Source of the DNA: Candidatus Poribacteria bacterium
Lineage (GTDB): Bacteria > Poribacteria > WGA-4E > GCA-2687025
Length of the DNA: 64,000 bases
NCBI GenBank assembly: GCA_963665845.2
Contig: OY762492.1
Location: 3,840,001 to 3,904,000, forward strand
Direction of reading: 5' to 3'
This document shows positions 28,442 through 36,727 of the stretch, one piece after another; the stretch's first letter is position 1, and each line of letters starts with the position of its first letter. The position numbers and the translations under genes are program-made. Below the pieces are notes generated by a model that saw only the letters and a program-made list of their open reading frames with translations, did not search any database and had not been told where the DNA came from.

Positions 28442-29956
28442 ATGACGCCATTAGACAATCTTTCAAGCCTTCAGCATTACATTCCTGACGCCGCGTTGGC
28501 CTCCTTCGCCGTGTTAATTGTGATCGTGGATCTGTTCGCGCGCGGGCGCGGAAAAACGGCGGTCGGCGTTGTCTCCATCATCGCGCTGGCGGGCGCGGGC
28601 GCGTTGACGCTCTGGATGCCGCACACGGGCGAGCGGCTGTTTTACGGGATGGCGCGCCAAGACGGACTCGCGCAAACCTTCAAGCTGATCATCGTCGGCT
28701 GCGCGGCGATAACGCTGCTCGTATCGCTGCGGACGCAGGAGGTGGCGGAGCGGCTGCGCGGCGAGTTTTTTGCGCTCATGCTGTTTGCAACCTACGGCAT
28801 GTTCCTGATGGTCAGCGCGTCCAACCTGCTGACCGCGTATTTAGGCGTAGAACTGGCAAGCATCTCCTCCTATATCCTGGCTGGATTTTTGGCGAATCAG
28901 AGCCGCTCAAGCGAGGCGGCGTTCAAGTATGTCATCTACGGATCGGTCGCGTCGGGCGTCATGCTGTTCGGCGTGTCGCTTTTATACGGCATGGCGGGGA
29001 CGACCGACATCGCGCTCATGGGGGAGCGTTTGGCGGGCGCGCATCCGTTGGCGCTGACGATTGCGGTCGTGTTTCTCTTCGCCGGCGTCGGGTATAAGAT
29101 CGCGTCGGTTCCGTTTCATATGTGGTCGCCCGATGTGTATGAAGGTTCGCCGCTGCCGGTGACCGCGTTTCTGTCGGTGGCGTCTAAAGCGGCGGGTTTC
29201 GGGCTGACGCTGCGCATCTTCCGCGACGGACTGGGCGCGGAAGCGCTGCTCGCCAGCGTGGACTGGCCGCTGTTCCTGGCGCTGTTGAGCGCCGTGACGA
29301 TGACGGTCGGCAACCTCGCCGCGATGGGTCAAAAAAATGTGAAGCGGCTGCTGGCGTATTCCAGCATTGCGCATGGCGGCTATCTGTTGATGGGAATTGC
29401 GGCGCTCGGTTCGGGCGATTCGTCCGCGCCGACGGCAGCGATCCTGTTCTATCTGGCGGTTTATCTGTTCATGAACCTCGGCGCGTTTTTCGTGGTGATG
29501 CATCTGGCGGAGCCGTCCCGCCTCGGCTCGGAGGAGATGCCGGCATACCGCGGCTTGATACGGCGGTCGCCCGCGCTGGCGATTGTCATGAGCGTGTTTC
29601 TGTTTTCGTTGATAGGGCTGCCGCCGTTCGCCGGCTTTTGGGGAAAGCTGTATCTCTTCAAGTCGGTCGTGGACGCCAGCCTGGTTGAGGGCGGCGTCAA
29701 TGGGCATAACTTCGTCTGGCTCGTTCTGCTGGCGATGGCGAACAGCGCCATATCGCTTTACTACTACTTCGCCGTCGTGAAGGCGATGCTGCTAGATAGA
29801 GGCGAAGAGGAGACGCCGGTCAAAGCGCGCCCGATGTTCGCGTTCATTCTGCTGATACTGTTCCTGCCGACGCTGCTTTTCGGCTTCTTTACGAACGTGG
29901 ACGATTTCCGAGTGGACGAGGCGCCGGAAGCGTCCGCGTCCATTTTGGACGAATAA
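28442..29956 (+). CDS. nuoN: NADH-quinone oxidoreductase subunit N
   Basis: EAAFKY, VPFHMWSPDVYEG, KRLLAYSSIAH, GLPPFAGFWGK. Confidence 0.97.
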   Translation: MTPLDNLSSLQHYIPDAALASFAVLIVIVDLFARGRGKTAVGVVSIIALAGAGALTLWMPHTGERLFYGMARQDGLAQTFKLIIVGCAAITLLVSLRTQEVAERLRGEFFALMLFATYGMFLMVSASNLLTAYLGVELASISSYILAGFLANQSRSSEAAFKYVIYGSVASGVMLFGVSLLYGMAGTTDIALMGERLAGAHPLALTIAVVFLFAGVGYKIASVPFHMWSPDVYEGSPLPVTAFLSVASKAAGFGLTLRIFRDGLGAEALLASVDWPLFLALLSAVTMTVGNLAAMGQKNVKRLLAYSSIAHGGYLLMGIAALGSGDSSAPTAAILFYLAVYLFMNLGAFFVVMHLAEPSRLGSEEMPAYRGLIRRSPALAIVMSVFLFSLIGLPPFAGFWGKLYLFKSVVDASLVEGGVNGHNFVWLVLLAMANSAISLYYYFAVVKAMLLDRGEEETPVKARPMFAFILLILFLPTLLFGFFTNVDDFRVDEAPEASASILDE

Positions 29957-29999
29957 ACGCCGTTGCGCTTTTTACATGAGGCGTCCGGCGGCGCAGCCC

Positions 30000-30050
30000 G
30001 TCATTCCCGCCTCTTCTTCCCGTCATTCCCGCGCAAGCGGGAATCTTAGA
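30000..30050 (+). repeat. Forward REP-like palindrome with upstream half copy
   Basis: GTCATTCCCGC at 30000; full copy 30025-30044. Confidence 0.85.
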
Positions 30051-30099
30051 CGCCGTAGACGCCGTCTGTATTTGCGGCGCCGACATCAAACCGCCGCGC

Positions 30100-30128
30100 T
30101 TGACACCCGCGCCGAGTTACCGTATCAT
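30100..30128 (+). promoter_or_regulatory. Putative sigma70 promoter
   Basis: TTGACA-17 nt-TATCAT, 32 nt upstream of ATG 30161. Confidence 0.65.
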
Positions 30129-30160
30129 CTGCCCAATAAAACCAACGCGGAGAACGACAC

Positions 30161-30757
30161 ATGACCATGCGCCAACGCCTCGCTCATATCGCCCTCGGCG
30201 GCGTCCTTGTTCTGTCGGGGATGATCGCCTCCAGCTTCCTGCAGACCGCCGACTCGCAGCAATCCCATACGGAGATCGTGAAAGCGCGCGAGTTTCATGT
30301 CGTGAATGCATACGGAACCACGACAGCCGTCATCGCATCCCGCCCCAATGGGTTGATGATTCAGAACGCTTCCAGTGAGACGGGCGGCCGTGTTTCCGTC
30401 ACCATAAATAGATACGGTAGCGGAATGTACATCCACAACGCTGCGGGCGAAATCAAAGCAAGTATCTACACCGAACTCGAATGGGGCGGCGTGCTGTCAA
30501 TCGATGCTGCCAAGGGTAATGGATCGGTTTTCATAGGACACAACGACAAAAAGAACGGCGGGCTGGTGTCCGTCAAAGGGGAGAATGGGTCCGCTCAGAT
30601 ATCGGTCAATGAGCACGGGGGAGGGGTGTGGATCTTCGGCAAAGGCAACAGTACATCCATGGCGGCCATGGGCGTCAACGAATACGGAAATGGCTATGTT
30701 AACACTTGGGACAAGAACGGATACCGTCTGGGCTCATTGCTTCCAATTGGGCACTGA
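30161..30757 (+). CDS. Exported protein with Gly-rich beta-strand repeats
   Basis: Signal/TM N-terminus; repeated (V/I)N..GG.V.I..K.G units. Confidence 0.75.
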   Translation: MTMRQRLAHIALGGVLVLSGMIASSFLQTADSQQSHTEIVKAREFHVVNAYGTTTAVIASRPNGLMIQNASSETGGRVSVTINRYGSGMYIHNAAGEIKASIYTELEWGGVLSIDAAKGNGSVFIGHNDKKNGGLVSVKGENGSAQISVNEHGGGVWIFGKGNSTSMAAMGVNEYGNGYVNTWDKNGYRLGSLLPIGH

Positions 30758-30945
30758 TGGCGGCAAGAATCGGCAGCATCATAATTTGGACAAGAACGGG
30801 TACCTGCAGCGTTAGAAGCCCGCTCTCTGCGTCGCAGGAACACCGCCCATTCAACTTCGGAGACCGCCGCTAGAATTTAACCTTGACTTTTCACGCAAGG
30901 CGCGACACACTATTACCGTTGAAAAATCAATCGGGAGACGAGCAA

Positions 30946-31491
30946 ATGAGTGAGCGACATCGAGTCTTTGTCAGCTACTACCACGCCGAGGATCAGGCTT
31001 ACAGGGAACATTTTGAACTTCTGTTTGCAGAGATCCACGACATTTTTGTGTCGGAATCCGTCGAAATCGGGGACATTGACCCAAACACAAAAACAGAGGA
31101 GATTCATCGAATCATTCGGGACAATTATCTCCGGGGTTCCACAGTGACCGTCGTGTTGGTTGGAGCCCACACCTGGCAACGAAAATTCGTGGATTGGGAA
31201 ATCGGCTCCAGCATCCGCCAAACAAAACACAGCTCTCGTTCAGGTCTTCTGGGGATTTTGTTGCCGACATACCCACGGACGGATCTGACCAAGTACGATC
31301 CCTACACAATTCCGCCGAGGCTCTACGACAACATCAAATGCGGTTACGCGACGATTCACAATTGGAACGATGATCCCAATGTCGTGCGAGACTGGATACA
31401 TGACGCATTCAAACGGAGAAAGGAAGTGCTGCCCGACAATTCTCGTCCTTCGTTCAAAAGGAACCGTTCAGGCGATAGGTGGTCTGATTAA
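30946..31491 (+). CDS. TIR-domain protein (ThsB/DUF1863/MTH538-like)
   Basis: HRVFVSYYH..DQ, IRDNYLRGSTVTVVLVG..TWQRKFVDWEI with catalytic-position Glu, GLLGILLP; GGAG RBS; possible promoter TTGACT(30883)-17-CACACT. Confidence 0.9.
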   Translation: MSERHRVFVSYYHAEDQAYREHFELLFAEIHDIFVSESVEIGDIDPNTKTEEIHRIIRDNYLRGSTVTVVLVGAHTWQRKFVDWEIGSSIRQTKHSSRSGLLGILLPTYPRTDLTKYDPYTIPPRLYDNIKCGYATIHNWNDDPNVVRDWIHDAFKRRKEVLPDNSRPSFKRNRSGDRWSD

Positions 31492-31992
31492 ATGATGGAA
31501 TTCGGTCCGGACACACTCGGCGCGCTCCTTGCCAGACTTGTGAACCTTGGCGTGCCTTTTGCAGCGAAATTCCTTGAATCAAAGCGAAATACAAGGGGGA
31601 ACGACCAGAAAGCGGCGTGGGACATGTATGTTGAAATGGCCACCCGAATCACCACACAGCCCCTAGACCCTGAGCATGGCGTCGAGAAAACGGCGTTAGA
31701 CAGCGTGTACTCTCTCTTCCAAACAACGAGGGATATACTCCACGAGCAAGGTCCTGATTGCGTGGAGTTCGCCCAAATCGCTCTCGTCATTCTCAATGAA
31801 AAGGTGCGGCCGTTTACAGCAGATTGGCACCGCAGAAGTTTGGCAGGAGCTTTTGACGACCCCGCCGCATGCGTTGAGTTTCGAGAGGAGCTGGAGTCGC
31901 TTCAAAAGATTTTGCGCGAATATATGAGGGTCCTCGCTGATATCGCCGGCATCGAAGATATTTCAGGCAGTTCGGATCCAGCGGAAGCGTAA
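31492..31992 (+). CDS. Uncharacterised helical protein translationally coupled to the TIR gene
   Basis: ATG directly after TIR TAA; hydrophobic N-terminus; AAWDMYVEMATRI...ALDSVYSLF..TRDIL...LNEKVRPFTADWH. Confidence 0.85.
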   Translation: MMEFGPDTLGALLARLVNLGVPFAAKFLESKRNTRGNDQKAAWDMYVEMATRITTQPLDPEHGVEKTALDSVYSLFQTTRDILHEQGPDCVEFAQIALVILNEKVRPFTADWHRRSLAGAFDDPAACVEFREELESLQKILREYMRVLADIAGIEDISGSSDPAEA

Positions 31993-32018
31993 ACCGCCTG
32001 TGGCGGACAACTGCTCAA

Positions 32019-32129
32019 TGTGAACGCGGACGGTTTCTGCGCCGCCTCTGCATTCCCGCTTGCGCGGGAATGCCTGTCCTCGCGGAAGCGGGGAACGGTT
32101 TGGTTAGCGAAGCCTTTTCCCATCAATAG
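32019..32129 (-). repeat. Reverse partial copy of the MITE-like element
   Basis: GAACGCGGACG...ATTCCCGCTTGCGCGGGAAT (32052-32071)...TGTCCTCGCGGAAGCGGGGAACG. Confidence 0.85.
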
Positions 32130-32189
32130 CGCGCTCATGCGTTCAAACGCCTCATGGCTTTACTCTGTCCGACGATGCGCCGTTGAACA

Positions 32190-32198
32190 TGCTATAAT
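32190..32198 (+). promoter_or_regulatory. Extended -10 promoter element upstream of fumC
   Basis: TGCTATAAT. Confidence 0.5.
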
Positions 32199-32248
32199 TG
32201 TCTAACAGCGGCGATTTCAAACGATCTACTCGGCAAAGGACGGCGGCA

Positions 32249-33646
32249 ATGAGCGACGCGACGCGCATCGAACGGGACAGCATGGGCGCGCTGGAGGTTC
32301 CAGCGGATCGGTATTGGGGGGCGCAGACGCAGCGTTCCCTGCAGAACTTTCGGATTGGAGCGGAGCGGTTCCCGCGGGCGTTCCTGCGCGCGTTCGGGAT
32401 CGTCAAGCAAGCGGCGGCGCAGGTGAACGCCGACCTGGGCATCCTTGACCCCGGCATCTCTCAAACGATTCAAGAGGCGGCGCAGGAGGTGATCGACGGC
32501 GATCTGGACGACCATTTCCCGCTTGTCGTCTGGCAAACGGGCAGCGGCACGCAGACGAATATGAACGTCAACGAGGTGATCTCGAACCGCGCGATTGAGA
32601 AGCTGGGCGGCGAAATCGGCAGCAAGGAGCCGGTTCATCCGAACGACCATGTCAACAAGGGGCAGTCCACGAACGACGCTTTTCCGACCGCGATGCATAT
32701 CGCGCTTGCCGAGCGGATTGTTCGGCATTTGAAGCCGTCTTTGGAACGGCTGCGCGAATCGCTTCAAACGAAAGCGGACGCCTTTGCGGACATCGTCAAG
32801 ATTGGGCGGACGCATCTTCAGGACGCGACGCCGTTGACGCTCGGTCAAGAGTTTTCAGGTTATGCCGCGCAGGTCGGCTACGGCATACAGGCGCTGGACC
32901 GCCCGTTGAGCCGCCTTTATGAGCTGGCGCTGGGCGGAACGGCGGTTGGGACGGGTCTCAACGCGCATCCGGAGTTTGCGGAGCGCGCCGCCGCCGCCAT
33001 CGCCGAGCGGACAGGTTTGCCGTTTGCGTCGGCGCCGAACAAGTTTGAGGCGCTGGCTGCGCATGACGCGGTGGTGGAGACGTCGGGCGCGCTGCGCGTC
33101 CTCGCGTGCGCGCTGCATAAGATCGCGAACGACATTCGCTGGCTGGCGAGCGGTCCCCGCTGCGGCATCGGCGAGCTGCATATACCGGAAAACGAGCCGG
33201 GCAGCAGCATCATGCCGGGCAAGGTGAACCCGACGCAGGCGGAGGCGTTGACGATGGCGTGCGCGCAGGTTGTCGGCAACGACGCGGCGGTCGGTTTTGC
33301 GGGCGCCCTCGGCAACTTTGAACTGAACGTGTATAAGCCTGTGATGGTCTTAAACGCGCTTCAATCGATAGAGCTGCTGGCGGACGCCGCCGAGTCGTTC
33401 CGCGAGCATTGCGTTGACGGCATACGCCCGAACGAGGAGCGGATCGCCGAACTGGTCGGTCAGTCGCTCATGCTGGTGACGGCGCTGTCGCCGCATATCG
33501 GATACGACAACGCGGCGAAGGTCGCCAAGACGGCGTTTGAAGAGAACAAGACGCTGCGGGAGGTTGTCTTGGAGCAGGGGCTTCTGGACGCGGAAACCTT
33601 TGAGAAGGCGATGGACCTTGAAAAGATGACGCGCCCGACAGCGTAA
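32249..33646 (+). CDS. fumC: Fumarate hydratase class II
   Basis: [41 protein letters not shown]. Confidence 0.97.
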   Translation: MSDATRIERDSMGALEVPADRYWGAQTQRSLQNFRIGAERFPRAFLRAFGIVKQAAAQVNADLGILDPGISQTIQEAAQEVIDGDLDDHFPLVVWQTGSGTQTNMNVNEVISNRAIEKLGGEIGSKEPVHPNDHVNKGQSTNDAFPTAMHIALAERIVRHLKPSLERLRESLQTKADAFADIVKIGRTHLQDATPLTLGQEFSGYAAQVGYGIQALDRPLSRLYELALGGTAVGTGLNAHPEFAERAAAAIAERTGLPFASAPNKFEALAAHDAVVETSGALRVLACALHKIANDIRWLASGPRCGIGELHIPENEPGSSIMPGKVNPTQAEALTMACAQVVGNDAAVGFAGALGNFELNVYKPVMVLNALQSIELLADAAESFREHCVDGIRPNEERIAELVGQSLMLVTALSPHIGYDNAAKVAKTAFEENKTLREVVLEQGLLDAETFEKAMDLEKMTRPTA

Positions 33647-33656
33647 AGAAGGATAA

Positions 33657-35030
33657 ATGCGGACGGCAAATGAGATGAAAACGCCGCTGGTTGCAATCAT
33701 AGGTCGGCCGAATGTCGGCAAATCGTCGCTCTTTAACCGCGTGATCGGACGGCGGGCGGCGGTGGTGGACGACATGCCGGGCGTCACGCGCGATCGCCTT
33801 TACGCGGATGTGAAGGCGGGCGGAGCCGCGTTTTCGCTGGTTGACACGGGCGGGCTGGTTCCGGACGCGGACGATCCGGTCATTGAGCAGGTGCGGTCGC
33901 AGGTGTCGGTCGCGGCGGCGGAGGCGTCTCTCATCTGGTTTGTGGCGGATGTCATCGATGGGCTGGCGCCGGACGACGCCGTCATCGCCGATATGCTGCG
34001 CAAGCTGGGGCGCCCTGTCGTTTTGGCGGCGAACAAGGCGGACAATGCGCGCCTTGAAATGAACGCGCATGAGTTCCATGAGCTTGGTTTTGAGGCGGTC
34101 GTTCCAGTCTCGTCAATACATGGGCGCGGCATTCATGAGCTGCTTGAACAGACGGCGGAACGGCTGCAAGAACTGCCTTTAGAAGAAGAAAACGGCGAAC
34201 AGCCGAACCGCCCACTGCGCATTGCGGTCGTCGGACGGCCGAACGCGGGGAAGTCCTCCATCGTGAACGCCGCTCTAGGCGAGGAGAGGGTCATCGTGGA
34301 CGCGGAGCCTGGGACGACGCGCGACGCGATCAACGCGGTTTTTGAATGGAACGGCTCCCTTTTTGAGCTGATCGACACGGCGGGTATTCGCCGAAAAACG
34401 CGCATTGAAGCAAAAAGCGTTGAGCAGCATTCGGTTCTGCGCGCGACGCAGAGCGTTGAGCGAAGCGACGTGACATGGCTGACGCTGGATGTGACGCGCG
34501 AAGCGTCCCATCAGGACAAGACGATCATGGGTTTTGTGGCGCGGCGCGGGAAGTTGTGCATCCTGGTCGCCAACAAGTGGGATCTGATCGAAAAAGACAA
34601 CGACACATACGACGAGCATGCGTTTCGGATTCGGCGGGCGTTTCGCGCGTTTGACCATCTGCCGATTGTGTTCACATCGGCGGAGACGGGGCAGCGAATC
34701 GAGACGCTGCTGGAGTTGAGTTTGCAGCTGTATTCGGCGGGCAGCGCGCGGTTGCCGACGCCGTTTTTAAACGACTGGCTGTCGCGCGTCGTCATGGAGC
34801 GCCCGCCGCGCTTGTCGAAGAACCGCCGCCCTGCGCTGAAATATATGACGCAGTCGGGAATCTTGCCGCCCACATTTCTGGTGTTTTGCACCTATCCGAA
34901 GTTGATTCAGCCGAGCTACGCCCGGTATTTGACGAATCGGCTGCGGGAGGAAGGCGGCTTTGAGGGCGCCCCAATCCGCATTGAGTTTCGCAATTCGCGC
35001 CCCGACCGAGGGCGCAGACGACGAGGTTAA
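33657..35030 (+). CDS. der: Ribosome biogenesis GTPase Der
   Basis: Tandem G domains GRPNVGKS / GRPNAGKS, DTGG/DTAG, KH-like C-terminus. Confidence 0.97.
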   Translation: MRTANEMKTPLVAIIGRPNVGKSSLFNRVIGRRAAVVDDMPGVTRDRLYADVKAGGAAFSLVDTGGLVPDADDPVIEQVRSQVSVAAAEASLIWFVADVIDGLAPDDAVIADMLRKLGRPVVLAANKADNARLEMNAHEFHELGFEAVVPVSSIHGRGIHELLEQTAERLQELPLEEENGEQPNRPLRIAVVGRPNAGKSSIVNAALGEERVIVDAEPGTTRDAINAVFEWNGSLFELIDTAGIRRKTRIEAKSVEQHSVLRATQSVERSDVTWLTLDVTREASHQDKTIMGFVARRGKLCILVANKWDLIEKDNDTYDEHAFRIRRAFRAFDHLPIVFTSAETGQRIETLLELSLQLYSAGSARLPTPFLNDWLSRVVMERPPRLSKNRRPALKYMTQSGILPPTFLVFCTYPKLIQPSYARYLTNRLREEGGFEGAPIRIEFRNSRPDRGRRRRG

Positions 35031-35031
35031 A

Positions 35032-36027
35032 ATGAACAACGCGATAAGGAACGAGACGTTCGCCGCGCGAAATGAAGCGGCGCTGTTTGATTTATCCAAC
35101 AGGGGAAAGCTGAAGGTTGTCGGCAGGGAGCGGGCGGAGTGGCTGCACGGCATGGTTTCAAACGATGTGGTCGGACTGAAGCCGGGGCAGGGCAACTATG
35201 GAACCGTCTTGACCGACCGCGGAAAGGCGCTGGGCGACTACAGGCTGATCGTCGGCGCCGACGCCCTGCGTCTGGACACGGAGCCGGGCATCGAAAAGGC
35301 GCTGATGGAGCGGCTGAACCGTTTCATCATTTCTGAAGACGCCGAGATCGTGGACGAGACGGAGGACTGGCGCCTATGGGGAATCGCGGGTCCGCGTTCC
35401 AAAGAGATCGTAGAAAAAGCGTTTGGCGAAGAGGCGCCGCCCGTTTCCTTATACGGTTCTTTCTGCGTCGGGGACGGGTTCGCGGCGCGTCAAAATCGAA
35501 CAGGCGAACATGGGTATGACCTATGGCTTCGCCCGTCTGAAGCGGAGGCGGCGGTTCGGCGCATGGAGGAAGCGGGGGCGGTGAAAATCGGCGCGGAGGC
35601 GCTGGAGACGCTGCGGATTGAGGCGGGCGTCGCGCGCTACGGCGTCGACTTTGACGAAAACATCATTCCTCTAGAGGCGCAGCTGGGGCATGCGATCCAC
35701 TGGGAGAAGGGCTGTTATTTGGGTCAAGAGATCATCGCGCGGATGCATTACCGCGGACATCCGAACAAGCTGCTGGTCAGTCTGCGTTTTGGAGAAGGTC
35801 CGGCGCCATCCGCGGGGATCGATCTTTTCCGCGAGGCGGACGATAAGAAGCGTTCGGGCTGGATCACCAGCGCGGCGTATTCTCCGCCGCTGGAGGCTTG
35901 GATCGGCTTGGGTTATGTCCGGGCGAAGATGTCGGAGATCGGAACCGAGTATGCGATTCGTTTAGCGGACGGCGACTTTCAGGCGGCGGTCGTTTCGGAG
36001 GCTCCGTTCGCGTTTGGGGGCGAGTGA
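35032..36027 (+). CDS. Folate-binding YgfZ/GcvT family protein
   Basis: FDLSNRGK, LRIEAG, KGCYLGQEIIAR. Confidence 0.9.
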   Translation: MNNAIRNETFAARNEAALFDLSNRGKLKVVGRERAEWLHGMVSNDVVGLKPGQGNYGTVLTDRGKALGDYRLIVGADALRLDTEPGIEKALMERLNRFIISEDAEIVDETEDWRLWGIAGPRSKEIVEKAFGEEAPPVSLYGSFCVGDGFAARQNRTGEHGYDLWLRPSEAEAAVRRMEEAGAVKIGAEALETLRIEAGVARYGVDFDENIIPLEAQLGHAIHWEKGCYLGQEIIARMHYRGHPNKLLVSLRFGEGPAPSAGIDLFREADDKKRSGWITSAAYSPPLEAWIGLGYVRAKMSEIGTEYAIRLADGDFQAAVVSEAPFAFGGE

Positions 36028-36377
36028 AAAAATAATTCGACATTTGTCCATTCATGCGTCATTCTTAAAGTGTGATGGCTAAAACCTGTTCGTATGGAAA
36101 TCACAGACGCCTTTTGAAAGGCGCCTCACGGTATTGGATCGTTAGGAACATGCAGATGTCCAGCGTCGATTCGAGTCTCGGAGAGCGGCTGACCGGGAGC
36201 GTTCATTCGCTTCTGGGAAGTTTTTCTCTGCGCGGTCGTTTGATTGGTGAGATTTTTCTGTATTCGCCTCGCCGAACCGTTTTTGTTTTGTTGACCCGAT
36301 GGAAAAACCGGAACGCCGCGTCTGGCAGTCAGATGCGGCTGATTGCACACTCTCACTGAAACAGGAGCTCCGCTCAT

Positions 36378-36656
36378 ATGGCCAAGCGCCTTTACGTTGG
36401 AAACTTGAACTACCGCACGACCGAGGACACTCTCGGCGACATCTTCTCGGAATTCGGCGATGTCGTTGAGGTGACGATCATTGAAGGCAAAGGATTCGGG
36501 TTCGTTGAATTCGAAACCGAAGAGGACGCAAAAGAAGCGATCGAAAACTTGAACGGCGAAGAGGTGGACGGCCGCCGCATCCGCGTGGATGTCGCCCGTT
36601 CACGCCCGCAGCGCAGCGGCGGCGGCGGGTACCGCGACAACGACGATCGCTGGTAA
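36378..36656 (+). CDS. RRM RNA-binding protein
   Basis: RNP2 LYVGNL, RNP1 KGFGFVEF, Gly-rich tail. Confidence 0.95.
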   Translation: MAKRLYVGNLNYRTTEDTLGDIFSEFGDVVEVTIIEGKGFGFVEFETEEDAKEAIENLNGEEVDGRRIRVDVARSRPQRSGGGGYRDNDDRW

Positions 36657-36672
36657 ACGAACGCGCGCAATG

Positions 36673-36700
36673 GAGGAGCCGTCCGCCTGGGCGGCTCCTC
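36673..36700. terminator. Hairpin between convergent genes
   Basis: GAGGAGCCGTCC-GCCT-GGGCGGCTCCTC; weak U tract. Confidence 0.6.
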
Positions 36701-36727
36701 TCTTGCCCCCTCCTTGAACGCGGTCGG

